A stretch of DNA of 64,000 nt, taken from positions 5,689-69,688 of the forward strand of contig CAMAVQ010000003.1 of assembly GCA_945861755.1 (NCBI GenBank), written 5' to 3'. A model generated the notes under the pieces. It had not been told where the DNA came from. It ran no database searches and saw only the letters and a list, made by a program, of their open reading frames with translations. This document shows, one piece after another, positions 43,368 through 52,815 of this stretch (positions are counted from its first letter, which is position 1; each line of letters begins with the position of its first letter). Both the position numbers and the translations under genes were made by a program. This DNA comes from Gemmatimonas phototrophica. GTDB lineage: Bacteria; Latescibacterota; UBA2968; UBA8231.

Positions 43368-45260
43368 TTACTCCCCGGTGCGCTGGCGCGGCAGCCAGTT
43401 GCGATCAAAGCGCCCTTGGCGCGCTGCACTGCCGTCCGGCCGCAGGAGGACATAGTCCGGCATCCCTCCAAAGTCCCCGGATAACCCCGCATAGGCCGTG
43501 GGGCCCAGCGGCGCGACCAGTCCCACGTAGCGGTCCGGCTGCAGGGGGTTGGGATGGATCATCAATAGCAATAGGTCCTCAGCCGCAAAAGTCTCGCCGG
43601 CGAGCACCAGCTGCTGGTCGCCGAACTCCACCGGCAGTGCTCTTGCGATGCGCGCCAGCATCACATTGGTCCGGGGGGTGCCGAAGAGGATCAGATTGGC
43701 CCGCGCCAGATCCTCCCCAGTGAGGGCAGTATCCGCTTTGACCGGGAAGGTGATGTCCACCCTCTCATTGTCGCCGGCGATGCCGATATTGACCTCGGCC
43801 AGTCGCTCGGCCGCCTGCTGCGCGGCGGCGGTTTCCTCCTGGCTGCCCTGGGTGCCGTACACAAATATGTGCCAGCCAGAGCGGAGTTCTGCCAAGCCGC
43901 CGCCGGGGACCAGGGCCGGCCTCCACGCCTCGTGGGTACGGGCGAAGCGATCCCCTGACCTGGCGAAGGAGAGCGAGCCATCCGCCGGGGGTACGGCCGC
44001 AAAACAGGGCACCCCATCGACCACGACCTCAACGGGCTGGTCCATGGCCACCAGTCCCGAACTGAGGGCCAGCGAGAAACGGCTCAGGTTCTTGGTCTTC
44101 ACGGCGATGTGATTGCCCTCCTCCACCTGCGCTTCGAGCTGCCCGAAGACATAGGGCTCGGTCAGCACCTCCATGCGCGTCCAGTAGCTTTGCCCATAAC
44201 GGGTGGGGTTGGTCGTGGTGTGCAGTACGCGGCGCGGGTATGGATCGCGGACGAACTGGGAGAACCAGGAAAAGATGCGGCCATCCCGGTACGCCTGGTC
44301 CCCAGCGTTGTGGCCCACGTCCAGGTACTCCTCGTACTCCACCCGATACCCCAGCTCCTTCAGCTGCTTAAAGAGCGTCCGGGGAAATTCTATACTGAAT
44401 AGCGGGTCCACTTCGCCGTGGCAGAGTTTGATCGGCAGGTTGAGGGCATTCTCGGCGTGACGGAGGTCGCTCCAGGTGGACACCACCGCGATGGCGGCAA
44501 AGCGGTCCGCGTGCAGCATTCCCAGGTGCAAGGTGCCCCCTCCACCCATGGAGTGGCCGGTCAGGTAGAGGCGGTTGGTGTCGATGCGGCAGGTCTGCTG
44601 GACATCCTGGATGACCCGCCAGACATCCTCCTCGCCGAGCTGGTTAGCATAGCCAATATTGTCCCGGTTATAGGGAGTGGCGACGATGAAGCCCTGGTCC
44701 TGGTACGCCCCGCCCCGCCCGAACACCGCCTGCATGGCTTCTTCGGGGTTGCCGCCGTACCCATGCAGCATCACCACCAACGGATAACTCTGCTGCGGAT
44801 CGAAGTCGGTGGGGAGGTAGAGGCCATAGGGCTGCAATCGGCCGTCCAGCTCTGAGCGATACGCCTTGAACATGAACCCGGTCCTGCCGGCGAAGGGATC
44901 CTCCCCTGCGGCCAGCCGGTCAGCGCCTTGGATGATCCACTCCACCTGCTGCACCACCTGTGGGTAGTGCGCCTCCAGTTGCTCCATCGACGTCCAGGTT
45001 TCCACTTCCCGGCGCGCGCGGACGAGTGCATAGGCCAGGCTGTGCAGGCTCACCTCGCGCAATAAGGGTGGGAGCGTCTCGTCTTGCTCTCGCGCTTGCA
45101 GTGCCTGCTCGGCTTGCGTCTGCAGCCGGCTGAGTTCCGCCAGGTGCTGCACTGCAATGGGGCTGGCGAATCTCTCGGCGAAAAGCTCTTCCTGGGCCAT
45201 GGTCTCTCCGGGGGCTGTTCCTGTGAGCAGCAGTATGACTGCAACCCGGTGTCCATTCAT
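43368..45260 (-). CDS. Alpha/beta hydrolase (esterase / S9-like serine peptidase family) with extra N- and C-terminal domains
   Basis: 630 aa. Nucleophile elbow LTGHSMGGGG preceded by VVMLHGYGGNPEE. Downstream D and H candidates (HGEVDP, VGHNAG). Weak signal-like N-terminus. Confidence 0.7.
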   Translation of the reverse strand: MNGHRVAVILLLTGTAPGETMAQEELFAERFASPIAVQHLAELSRLQTQAEQALQAREQDETLPPLLREVSLHSLAYALVRARREVETWTSMEQLEAHYPQVVQQVEWIIQGADRLAAGEDPFAGRTGFMFKAYRSELDGRLQPYGLYLPTDFDPQQSYPLVVMLHGYGGNPEEAMQAVFGRGGAYQDQGFIVATPYNRDNIGYANQLGEEDVWRVIQDVQQTCRIDTNRLYLTGHSMGGGGTLHLGMLHADRFAAIAVVSTWSDLRHAENALNLPIKLCHGEVDPLFSIEFPRTLFKQLKELGYRVEYEEYLDVGHNAGDQAYRDGRIFSWFSQFVRDPYPRRVLHTTTNPTRYGQSYWTRMEVLTEPYVFGQLEAQVEEGNHIAVKTKNLSRFSLALSSGLVAMDQPVEVVVDGVPCFAAVPPADGSLSFARSGDRFARTHEAWRPALVPGGGLAELRSGWHIFVYGTQGSQEETAAAQQAAERLAEVNIGIAGDNERVDITFPVKADTALTGEDLARANLILFGTPRTNVMLARIARALPVEFGDQQLVLAGETFAAEDLLLLMIHPNPLQPDRYVGLVAPLGPTAYAGLSGDFGGMPDYVLLRPDGSAARQGRFDRNWLPRQRTGE

Positions 45261-45390
45261 CTACTAGGTCTCCGCACGTCTCCTCATGATCTTCAGAACC
45301 TGCTCGCCCAGCGCCATCACGTGTAGGATAGGGCGCGAGGTGAAGCAGAGCAACCGCGCGGCGGCCTTCGCTGACAAACCTTGATAGGGC

Positions 45391-45419
45391 CGGGGGATTG
45401 TACTACATTCACCGCCGAT
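45391..45419 (+). promoter_or_regulatory. Candidate promoter for the ABC binding-protein/permease pair (TTGATA-17 nt-TACATT)
   Basis: ttgata gggccgggggattgtac tacatt. It ends 19 nt upstream of the ATG at 45439, just before the GGGAGG RBS, so the leader would be very short. Confidence 0.35.
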
Positions 45420-45438
45420 CTTTCCCGGGAGGAAACAT

Positions 45439-46611
45439 ATGAAGAAGATATTCTCGACTCTAGTCCTGGTGTTGGGCCTGGCGGCGGGGGCTACCGCCGA
45501 GGAGTGGCACGGTTTTGATCCGGCCGGCTTCGGCGGGCTCATGCTCAAGGCCGAGCAGCTGCAGGCCATGGTGGCCGAACTCAAGCCGCTTCGACCGCCC
45601 AAGAACGGGGACCACCATGTCTTTGCCTTTGCCAATCTGCAGCGAGATATGGCCTTTGGCATCAGGGTGGAGGAGGGCATCAAGGCCAATGCAGATGCTG
45701 CGGGTGTCGAATTGCTGGTGGCCGACAACCGGCTCGACGGTCCCACGGCCCTGGCCAATGCTGAGAGCTTTGTGCGGCGCGGCGTGGACTTTGTTATCGA
45801 GTTCCAGACCGATGTGAACTTTGGCCCCACCATCATGCAGAAATTCGCCAAGGCCGGCATCGGGGTGGTGGCCATCGACATTCCCATGCCAGGGGCCACC
45901 TTCTTTGGGGCCGACAACCCGCGTTCGGGTTTTATGGGCGGTTCGTACCTGGGCCAGGCAGCCCTGGCCCGCTTTGGCGCCGAAGCGGTGGCCAAGGGAT
46001 ACCTGGTGGTGGGCGAGTTGCCCCAGTCCGGGGCCATCCCGGCCATGCGCACCGAAGGCCAGATAGCCGGCTTTATGGCGGTGCTGCCCGACTTTCCCGG
46101 AGATCACTTGATCCGCATCGATACCAAGAACACCCTGCAGTACTCTTTCCAGCAGATGAGCAACGTGCTGGCCCGCATCCCCCCGGGTGCGCCGCTGATG
46201 CTGACGGCCATCAACGATCAGTCGGTCACCGGCATGCTGCGGGCAGTGCAGCAGACCGGCCGGCAGGGGGATGCCATTGCGGTGGGCAACGGGGCCGATG
46301 AGTTGGAGACCCTGGCCAAAGAGGAAACGCTAGTCGCCTCGGTGGCCTACTTCCCCGAACGCTACGGCAACTATCTCATCCCCATCGGTTTGATGGCGCT
46401 GGCCGGACGCCCCCTGCCTCCGGCGGTGCTGGTCCGGCATCTGATGGTCACCCGGACCAATATCTGCCAGTACTATCCCGACTTCCTCTGCCGGGAACAG
46501 GGGCCGGGCTTTTCCTATGCCTTCCCCCAGGAAGCTTTTGGCCGGCACCTGGCCGGACTGAAGGGCAAGCCCGATCTGGCCGGGTACGAAACCCTCCTCC
46601 CCGCCCGTTGA
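45439..46611 (+). CDS. ABC transporter periplasmic sugar-binding protein (type I PBP fold)
   Basis: 390 aa. Signal peptide MKKIFSTLVLVLGLAAGATA and LacI/RbsB-like alternating beta-alpha pattern (HVFAFANL..., VDFVIEFQ, GVVAIDIPMPG). Confidence 0.75.
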   Translation: MKKIFSTLVLVLGLAAGATAEEWHGFDPAGFGGLMLKAEQLQAMVAELKPLRPPKNGDHHVFAFANLQRDMAFGIRVEEGIKANADAAGVELLVADNRLDGPTALANAESFVRRGVDFVIEFQTDVNFGPTIMQKFAKAGIGVVAIDIPMPGATFFGADNPRSGFMGGSYLGQAALARFGAEAVAKGYLVVGELPQSGAIPAMRTEGQIAGFMAVLPDFPGDHLIRIDTKNTLQYSFQQMSNVLARIPPGAPLMLTAINDQSVTGMLRAVQQTGRQGDAIAVGNGADELETLAKEETLVASVAYFPERYGNYLIPIGLMALAGRPLPPAVLVRHLMVTRTNICQYYPDFLCREQGPGFSYAFPQEAFGRHLAGLKGKPDLAGYETLLPAR

Positions 46612-46617
46612 AGGCAG

Positions 46618-47574
46618 ATGTCTAGGTTCTACGCGCTGATCGCTAAGCCCTGGGCCGGGGTGGGCTTGCTGCTGCTCTTTTACCTGGGGGTGAGCTGTTG
46701 CTTCGCCCTGCTCTCGCCCTGGTTCCTCAGCTTCGACAATTTGGTCAGCATCGGGGCCAATATGGCTTTCATCGGTTTGATGGCGGCGGCGCAGACCCCG
46801 CTGATCATCGCCGGGGGCCTAGATCTGTCGGTGGCGGCGGTGGCCGGGTTGACCGGGGTGGTGGTGGCCCTGTTGCACGCTGGGGGCATGGACGTGTGGC
46901 TGGCCGCGCTCTTGGCCCTGGTACTGGGTGGGGGGATCGGGGCGATCAATGGTGCGCTGACCACCCGTCTGCATTTCAACTCTTTTGTCGCTACCCTGGG
47001 GACCATGAGCGTGGTGAGTGGGCTGGCCCTGGTGCTGACGGGTGGCCTGACCAAACCCCTGTTGGTGGATTCCTTTGCCTGGCTGGGCAATGGTCAGTTA
47101 GGTGGCCTGCCCGTGCCGCTGCTCTTGATGCTGGCGGTGTACGCGGCGCTGGGCTGGGTGCTGCGCCACACCCGCTTTGGGCGCTATACCTATGCTGCGG
47201 GCAGCAATGCGGTGGCCAGCCGGCTGATGGGGCTGCCGGTGGAACGCATGTTGATGCTCCTGTACGTGGGCTCGGGCCTGAGCGGGGCGCTAAGTGGATT
47301 GGTGCTGGCGGCCATGCTGGGGGCCGGGGCCCCGGATGCGGCGGGCAAACATCTGCTGACGGTGGTGGCGGCGGTGATCCTGGGCGGCACCAGTCTTTTG
47401 GGCGGGCGGGGCAGTGTGTGTGGGACCTTGCTGGCGGTGCTCTTGCTGGGGACCCTCAACAATGGGCTGACGCTGCTGGATGTATCGAGTTTCTGGCAGG
47501 ACGTGACTCGGGGCGTGGTGCTCTTGGCGGCCATCGGGCTGGATCAGTTGCGCACCCGCGCTCTGGGGGAGTGA
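46618..47574 (+). CDS. ABC transporter permease (ribose/xylose RbsC-type)
   Basis: 318 aa, multi-TM. GGLDLSVAAV and the VILGGTSLLGGRGSV motif typical of monosaccharide-importer permeases. Confidence 0.85.
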   Translation: MSRFYALIAKPWAGVGLLLLFYLGVSCCFALLSPWFLSFDNLVSIGANMAFIGLMAAAQTPLIIAGGLDLSVAAVAGLTGVVVALLHAGGMDVWLAALLALVLGGGIGAINGALTTRLHFNSFVATLGTMSVVSGLALVLTGGLTKPLLVDSFAWLGNGQLGGLPVPLLLMLAVYAALGWVLRHTRFGRYTYAAGSNAVASRLMGLPVERMLMLLYVGSGLSGALSGLVLAAMLGAGAPDAAGKHLLTVVAAVILGGTSLLGGRGSVCGTLLAVLLLGTLNNGLTLLDVSSFWQDVTRGVVLLAAIGLDQLRTRALGE

Positions 47575-47600
47575 GACGATACCCAAGACCCTCCGGCGCC

Positions 47601-48386
47601 CTATGCCGCTGGCACGTGCTCCAACAATTGGGATAGATGGCGCAGCCGTTCGGGCGAAGCCATAGCCAGGAGTGGTCCCCCCGGAATGCCGAAGACCTCC
47701 CGCGTGGTGTAGCGGTGGCTGCGAACGATCTCCTTGAAATGGTCGGCGTCCGCGCCGGTGTGTTTGGGGGTGAAGACGATGGTGAACATGCGGCGTTTTT
47801 CGCTGCCGCCCCAAGCGCTGTGTTTGGTCGAGTGGTTGAACATCACCAGATCACCGGGCTCGGTCTCGAGCGCCAGCGCCGGCACTTCGCTCCCCTTCAG
47901 TCCGCCCCACGATTCCTTGTTGGTGGTCAGCTGCGCGTGTACGCTCTCCGCGAAGCCTTCCCCGAAGCGGTGGCTGCCGGGGATGATGCGCAACGCGCCG
48001 GTGTCGGCCCTGAGGGGATCGAGGTAGATCCCCATCTTGTAGAAGCGGATCGGCTCCGGCCAGGAGGTATCCGAATGCCAGGGTGTATCCCCGACGTAGT
48101 AGTTGCCGTCGCTGTTCCAGTACTGATAATCCGGCCCCATCAAGCTTTCGGCGATGCCGGCGATGTGTTCGTCGTCGAGCAGGGAGCACAGGTATGGGTG
48201 GTGATTGAGAAAAGGCGCGACGGCCAGCCGCTTGAGGCCCTGGTGGTCCGGGCCTCCCTTGACGGCCATGATCTCTTCAAAGGCCTGTTCGATGGCCTGA
48301 AGGCGGTCCTTGAGCAGCCCGGGAAAGGAGAGGTAGCCGAAGGTTTCCATGAATGCCAGTTGGCCGGGGGTAAGACGAAAGGACAT
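47601..48386 (-). CDS. Phytanoyl-CoA dioxygenase (PhyH) family Fe(II)/2-oxoglutarate oxygenase
   Basis: 261 aa. HxD (PWHSDTS), RIIPGSHR and a distal His (FNHSTKHSA). Confidence 0.8.
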   Translation of the reverse strand: MSFRLTPGQLAFMETFGYLSFPGLLKDRLQAIEQAFEEIMAVKGGPDHQGLKRLAVAPFLNHHPYLCSLLDDEHIAGIAESLMGPDYQYWNSDGNYYVGDTPWHSDTSWPEPIRFYKMGIYLDPLRADTGALRIIPGSHRFGEGFAESVHAQLTTNKESWGGLKGSEVPALALETEPGDLVMFNHSTKHSAWGGSEKRRMFTIVFTPKHTGADADHFKEIVRSHRYTTREVFGIPGGPLLAMASPERLRHLSQLLEHVPAA

Positions 48387-48419
48387 GGGGAAGCTCCTGG
48401 GGTTTGAGAGAGGAAGGAC

Positions 48420-49190
48420 TCAAACCAGCGCGTCCACCGGGGTGAGCGGGAAGGGCTGGGGCCAGGGGTAGATCTCCGCCCCGTCCGGCAGGCGCAGATC
48501 CGCCGGGCCCCAACTCAGATGTAGGATGCGGCGGTGCTGCTGGTCAGAGGTCATCTTCTCCGAGCGGTGGAGGACGAGAGGGTTGTAGAAGAGGGCCGAG
48601 CCGATGGACTGGGGTGCGGACAGACCTTTGTTGCTGCCGTGGAGAGCGGCCACGTTCTTGTTGTCGCCCAGGTGCTCGTGGTGGGTGCCGGGCAGGACGT
48701 AGAGCCCGCCGCTGTCTGGCAGGGCCGGGTCCAGGGCTAGCCGGCAGGTGACATCGCCGGCCAGTTCGAGGCCCCGGGTGGAGTACACCGGCAGGCCGCC
48801 GCGCACGTCGTCCTTTTCGCCGGGGGGAGTGTGGGCCACGTAGATGCCGGTGTCCTGGTGCCAGGGCACCTCCCAGTTGTGCTGTGGGTCTTTGTCGAGC
48901 AGCAGGCCACCGGTCACCCGCACCTGCTTGCCGATCAGTTGTTGCACCAGTCTCAGCACTGGGCGGTACTGGATGATGCGCCCCAGGGGGCCGGCGCGTT
49001 TGGGCAGGTCGTGGATGATGGTGAGGTAATTGTCCGCGGTGCTGAGGCCGATATCGCCGGGGTGGCGGGCCAGGTTCAGCTGCTCGATGGCGGCGCGCAG
49101 CATTTCGGCTTGGGCCAGGGTGATGACGTTTTCCACCACCAGATAACCCTGGTCGCGGAAGTGGGCAAGCTGTTCCTGGGTTAGTTCCAT
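48420..49190 (-). CDS. Phytanoyl-CoA dioxygenase (PhyH) family Fe(II)/2-oxoglutarate oxygenase
   Basis: 256 aa. FRDQGYLVVENV start, HxD (PWHQDTG), YVLPGTHHEH and a distal His (PLVLHRSE). Confidence 0.8.
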   Translation of the reverse strand: MELTQEQLAHFRDQGYLVVENVITLAQAEMLRAAIEQLNLARHPGDIGLSTADNYLTIIHDLPKRAGPLGRIIQYRPVLRLVQQLIGKQVRVTGGLLLDKDPQHNWEVPWHQDTGIYVAHTPPGEKDDVRGGLPVYSTRGLELAGDVTCRLALDPALPDSGGLYVLPGTHHEHLGDNKNVAALHGSNKGLSAPQSIGSALFYNPLVLHRSEKMTSDQQHRRILHLSWGPADLRLPDGAEIYPWPQPFPLTPVDALV

Positions 49191-49191
49191 A

Positions 49192-50256
49192 TCAAAATCC
49201 TAGTTGAGGGACGATGGGGCATTTGGTCAACTCCTCCGGCCCCTTTGCCGACACGTAGATCATATTCTCCACCCGCGCCCCGCCCAGGCCGGGCACGTAC
49301 AGCCCCGGCTCGCAGGAAAGGGCATCTCCGGCCTGCAACACATCGCCGCTCTCGCGGTTGATGCCGGGCCGGTCGCCGCCCAGGCCCAGGCCGTGGCTGA
49401 GGTGGTGCACGAAATACTTGGCCCAGCCCTTGGCCGCGTAACAATCCACCACCGACTGATAGATCTTGCGGCCCTCGGCCCCCGGCACCATGGCCTGCGA
49501 GGCGGTGTGATAGGCCTGGTGGACGGTGGCCAGCAACTCGCGCTGCTGGGGGGTGCCCTCGCCGACGATGGCGGCCCGGGTCATGTCGCCCAGGTAGCCA
49601 TGTACGTAGGCGGCCATGTCGATGAAGAGCATGTCGCCTTCTTTGATCACCCGGCGGGGGTCTTCGCCGCTGTCCAGATAATAGGTGCCGATGCCCACGG
49701 CGGGGTTCATGACCGCGTATTCGGCGCCGGCTCGGAGCATGGCGGCGGTGCCTTCGGCGACCACTTCGAGGGTGGTGAGTCCGGGCCGGACGGCCTTGAA
49801 GGCGGTGCTCATGCCTAAGTCGGAGATGCGGGCAGCCTCGCGCATGAAGGCCAGGTCGCGTTCGTCCTTGCAGCGGCGCAGCACCGCACCCACGTCCTCG
49901 ACCACCACCTCGGTGCCCGGAAAATGGGGCGTGAGCTGGTCGGAGAGTACTTTCTTGAGGCCGGCCTTTTTCAGGTAGGCCTCCAGCTGCTCGGCCGGGG
50001 AGGGATCGCCCAGCTCGCAGGGGATGACCTCGCAGTTGGTGAGCAGGTCGCGGCAGGCGTTGGAACTCCACACCCCGGGAAAAACAACGGTGCGCCCGGC
50101 GCTGAAGAGAATGGCGTGGCAGTTGCCGCGCGAGATCACGGTGCTGGGATCGGGATGGTCTAGGAGGTAGAGCTGATTGGGGCGTTGATGGGCCAGAAAG
50201 GCCTGGGCCCCGGCCCGGTCGAGGGCCTCGGCGAGTCGTTGGCGACGCGAATGCAT
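49192..50256 (-). CDS. M24 family metallopeptidase (Xaa-Pro dipeptidase/creatinase-like)
   Basis: 354 aa. Creatinase-like N-domain plus a pita-bread fold with ligand candidates FIDMAAYVHGYLGDMTR, HGLGL, CEPGLY and ARVENMI. Confidence 0.8.
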   Translation of the reverse strand: MHSRRQRLAEALDRAGAQAFLAHQRPNQLYLLDHPDPSTVISRGNCHAILFSAGRTVVFPGVWSSNACRDLLTNCEVIPCELGDPSPAEQLEAYLKKAGLKKVLSDQLTPHFPGTEVVVEDVGAVLRRCKDERDLAFMREAARISDLGMSTAFKAVRPGLTTLEVVAEGTAAMLRAGAEYAVMNPAVGIGTYYLDSGEDPRRVIKEGDMLFIDMAAYVHGYLGDMTRAAIVGEGTPQQRELLATVHQAYHTASQAMVPGAEGRKIYQSVVDCYAAKGWAKYFVHHLSHGLGLGGDRPGINRESGDVLQAGDALSCEPGLYVPGLGGARVENMIYVSAKGPEELTKCPIVPQLGF

Positions 50257-50297
50257 AACAAACCTCTGCGCTGGGAATCAGGGTGAGGGGAAGGAGA

Positions 50298-51236
50298 TCA
50301 CTTCAACAGACGATCGAGGAAAACCTCGAGGAAACCGGGCACATCCACCTTGACGGCGCACTCTACCTGGTTGCCGACCAGATGGCCGTCGATGACAAAG
50401 GGACGGCGGTCCACCACCAGCTGTCCGGCGGTTAATTCGCCATCGGGTTCGACGTCGATCCACAGAGGCTGAACCTTGCACAACTCGGGAAAGATGGATA
50501 GGCCCACGGCCAAGGGGTCGTGCAGGTGCATACCTTTGCGGCCGTATCGCTGGGTTTCGAAGGCCATCACCGTCTGGGTGGCGGCGGCACAGAAAAGGGC
50601 GAGGGCGTCTTCTCTGCCGGCCAGGCGCTGCAAGAGCAGGTCCTGCTCCAGCCAGAGCTGGCGGGCGGCCTCCAGGGGCACCAGGGCGATGTTGGCCCCC
50701 GAATTGACCACCAGCCGGGCGGCGTGCGGGTCGGCGTGGAAATTGAATTCGGTATGGGGCGAGATATTGCCCGGCTCGTGTAACACCCCGCCCATGATCA
50801 CCAGCCGGCGGGCGTGGCTCAGGATGCCGGGGCACCGGGCTTCGGCCAGGGCCAGGTTGGTGAGGGGGCCGGTGGCCACCACGATCACCTCGCCCAGACG
50901 GGCTTCGATATTTTCGATCAGGAAATCGATGGCGTCGCCGGCCGGCATGGTTTCGGGGTCTGGCAAATCAGCCGCCCCCAGGCCTTCGGGTCCGTGTACC
51001 TCGTAGGTGTAGTGCGGCTGGCGAACCAGGGGTTTGGCCGCCCCCATACATACCGGCACGTCCGTGCGGCCGGCCAGTTCCAGCACCTTGAGCGCGTTTT
51101 CGGTGGTTTGGTCCAGCGGCACATTGCCGCTCACCGTGGTCAGGCCGATGAGCTCCATTTCCGGGGAATGCACGGCCATGAGAATGGCCAGCGCGTCATC
51201 GACCCCGGGGTCGACGTCTAGGATTACGGGGCGCAT
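50298..51236 (-). CDS. Nucleoside hydrolase (IUNH family)
   Basis: 312 aa from ATG 51234-51236. N-terminal fingerprint ILDVDPGVDDALAIL. The ORF-track extension to 51353 overlaps the upstream gene and is discounted. Confidence 0.85.
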   Translation of the reverse strand: MRPVILDVDPGVDDALAILMAVHSPEMELIGLTTVSGNVPLDQTTENALKVLELAGRTDVPVCMGAAKPLVRQPHYTYEVHGPEGLGAADLPDPETMPAGDAIDFLIENIEARLGEVIVVATGPLTNLALAEARCPGILSHARRLVIMGGVLHEPGNISPHTEFNFHADPHAARLVVNSGANIALVPLEAARQLWLEQDLLLQRLAGREDALALFCAAATQTVMAFETQRYGRKGMHLHDPLAVGLSIFPELCKVQPLWIDVEPDGELTAGQLVVDRRPFVIDGHLVGNQVECAVKVDVPGFLEVFLDRLLK

Positions 51237-51243
51237 GGGCACC

Positions 51244-52047
51244 TCACCGGTGGTCCTCGGCGCGGTCTGCGGGCAGGTAGCCCACTTGTTGGCGGGCCTG
51301 TTCCAGATCCACCCAGCGCCACTGGTTGTCCGACATGCCGTAGTAGATGGCAAAACGCAGATCCTCGGGCGCGTCGACGCAGCGCTGGATCAGTTGGGCC
51401 ATGTCGGCCTGGCTGCACCAGAGATGCGCCGACCCGGCGTTGGGTGGCCGGTCTTGGGCCACCACCCAACCGGGGCGGATGCACAGGCAGGACATGCCGT
51501 GGCTGTAGGCGTAGACCTGGGCCAGCGACTCGCTCCAGACCTTGGAAGCGGCGTAGAGATTGCGCGGCCGGGGAAGGTCGGTGCCCTTCACCTTGGGGAA
51601 GTCGGCGGGCAGGTCCTGAAAGCGGCCCTCGATGATGGCCAGGTACGGTTCCTGCTGCATATTGCCGGTGGAAACCTGGATGGTGCTGGCGGCGATCAGG
51701 CGTTTGACCCCGGCCTGGCGGCAAGCCTCGAAAACGTTGTACGCGCCGATGATGTTGTTGTGCAAGAGGCTCTCCCAGCCTCTGCCCGCCGGGTCGGCGG
51801 CCAGGTGGACCACCGCGTCCATGCCCTGCACGGCATGGCCGAGGCCCACCGTGTCCAGCAGGTCGCATTGGCGGAAGTGATCGGCGGGGATGTCGCAGAC
51901 CCAGTGCTCTGGCACCCGGTCCGAGAGCTGGCGGCTCAGATCGAGGCCATAGACCTCGTAGCGCTCGGGGTGGCGGCGCAGCCAGGTATAGGCGGCGTAG
52001 CCGATCAGGCCGGTGGCGCCGGTGATCAGGACCTTTTTCGGGGGCAT
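51244..52047 (-). CDS. NAD-dependent epimerase/dehydratase (extended SDR)
   Basis: 267 aa from ATG 52045-52047 (MPPKKVLITGATGLIG). Catalytic YAASK. Confidence 0.8.
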   Translation of the reverse strand: MPPKKVLITGATGLIGYAAYTWLRRHPERYEVYGLDLSRQLSDRVPEHWVCDIPADHFRQCDLLDTVGLGHAVQGMDAVVHLAADPAGRGWESLLHNNIIGAYNVFEACRQAGVKRLIAASTIQVSTGNMQQEPYLAIIEGRFQDLPADFPKVKGTDLPRPRNLYAASKVWSESLAQVYAYSHGMSCLCIRPGWVVAQDRPPNAGSAHLWCSQADMAQLIQRCVDAPEDLRFAIYYGMSDNQWRWVDLEQARQQVGYLPADRAEDHR

Positions 52048-52194
52048 CAGGAACTCCTCTTGACCCGGCACCAGCCGCAGGGCGTTTTTGGCGCAGCCCT
52101 TCGCCCGCACCTCAATCAGATACTCTTAGGCTTGGGATTGGGTGTATATTTCACCAAATATAGGTATTAGGCGCCAACCTTCCCAGCGCGGCAA

Positions 52195-52219
52195 AACTTT
52201 TGGCCCTAGCCAGTCGTCT
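52195..52219 (+). promoter_or_regulatory. Candidate ECF-type (autoregulated) promoter: AAC-17 nt-CGTC
   Basis: caAAACTTttggccctagccagtCGTCTtat. Resembles the ECF consensus GGAAC-N16/17-CGT. Lies about 25 nt upstream of the sigma-factor start. Confidence 0.4.
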
Positions 52220-52242
52220 TATATCCAGAACCGGAGATGGGG

Positions 52243-52815
52243 ATGAGCGACGCGGACCTGATTGCCCGTTGCCTGAGCGGCGAGGAAGGGGCTTTCGACC
52301 TGCTGGCCGGGCGCTGGCACCGACGCCTCTACAACTTTATCCTGCGCTACATCGGCGGCGACCGAGAAGAGGCCCAGGATCTTTGCCAGCAGACCCTGCT
52401 TAAGGCGTACCAGGGGCTGGGCCGGTTGCGCGAGCCGGAGCGCTTCTCCACCTGGCTGTACCAGATTGCGGTCAACGCCTGCCGCGACGAGTTCAGCCGC
52501 CGGAAGCAGCGCCCCACCGTCTCGGTAGAGGAGATCGGGGAACCGGTCGATCCCACTCGGGACGGGGCGGAATTGGGTGCCCTGCGCCGCGACCTGCGCG
52601 ACTGGCTGGAGCGGGGTTTGCAGGCCATCCCAGAGGAGCAGCGGCTGGTGGTGGTGATGAAGGAATACCAGCAATTGAAGTTCACCGAAATCGCCGACGT
52701 GCTGAAGTTGCCGGTGAATACCGTCAAATCGCGCCTGTACTATGGATTGAACAATCTGAGAAAAGTGCTGGCTGGCTGGCAGATCTCGCAGGAGGCCCTA
52801 GATCATGAGTTGTGA
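52243..52815 (+). CDS. ECF (sigma-24/sigma-70 group IV) RNA polymerase sigma factor
   Basis: Region 2 (RWHRRLYNFILRYIGGDREEAQDLCQQTLLKAY) and region 4 (EEQRLVVVMKEYQQLKFTEIADVLKLPVNTVKSRLYYGL). ATG 52243 has GGAG 6 nt upstream; an alternative ATG lies at 52237. Confidence 0.88.
   Translation: MSDADLIARCLSGEEGAFDLLAGRWHRRLYNFILRYIGGDREEAQDLCQQTLLKAYQGLGRLREPERFSTWLYQIAVNACRDEFSRRKQRPTVSVEEIGEPVDPTRDGAELGALRRDLRDWLERGLQAIPEEQRLVVVMKEYQQLKFTEIADVLKLPVNTVKSRLYYGLNNLRKVLAGWQISQEALDHEL

Noticed and set aside
45264-46107. Minus-strand ORFs (262 aa and 215 aa) antisense to the ABC binding-protein gene
   Set aside because: They are shadow ORFs with Ala/Pro/Arg/Gly-rich translations. The plus-strand gene has a signal peptide, an RBS and a PBP-fold pattern.
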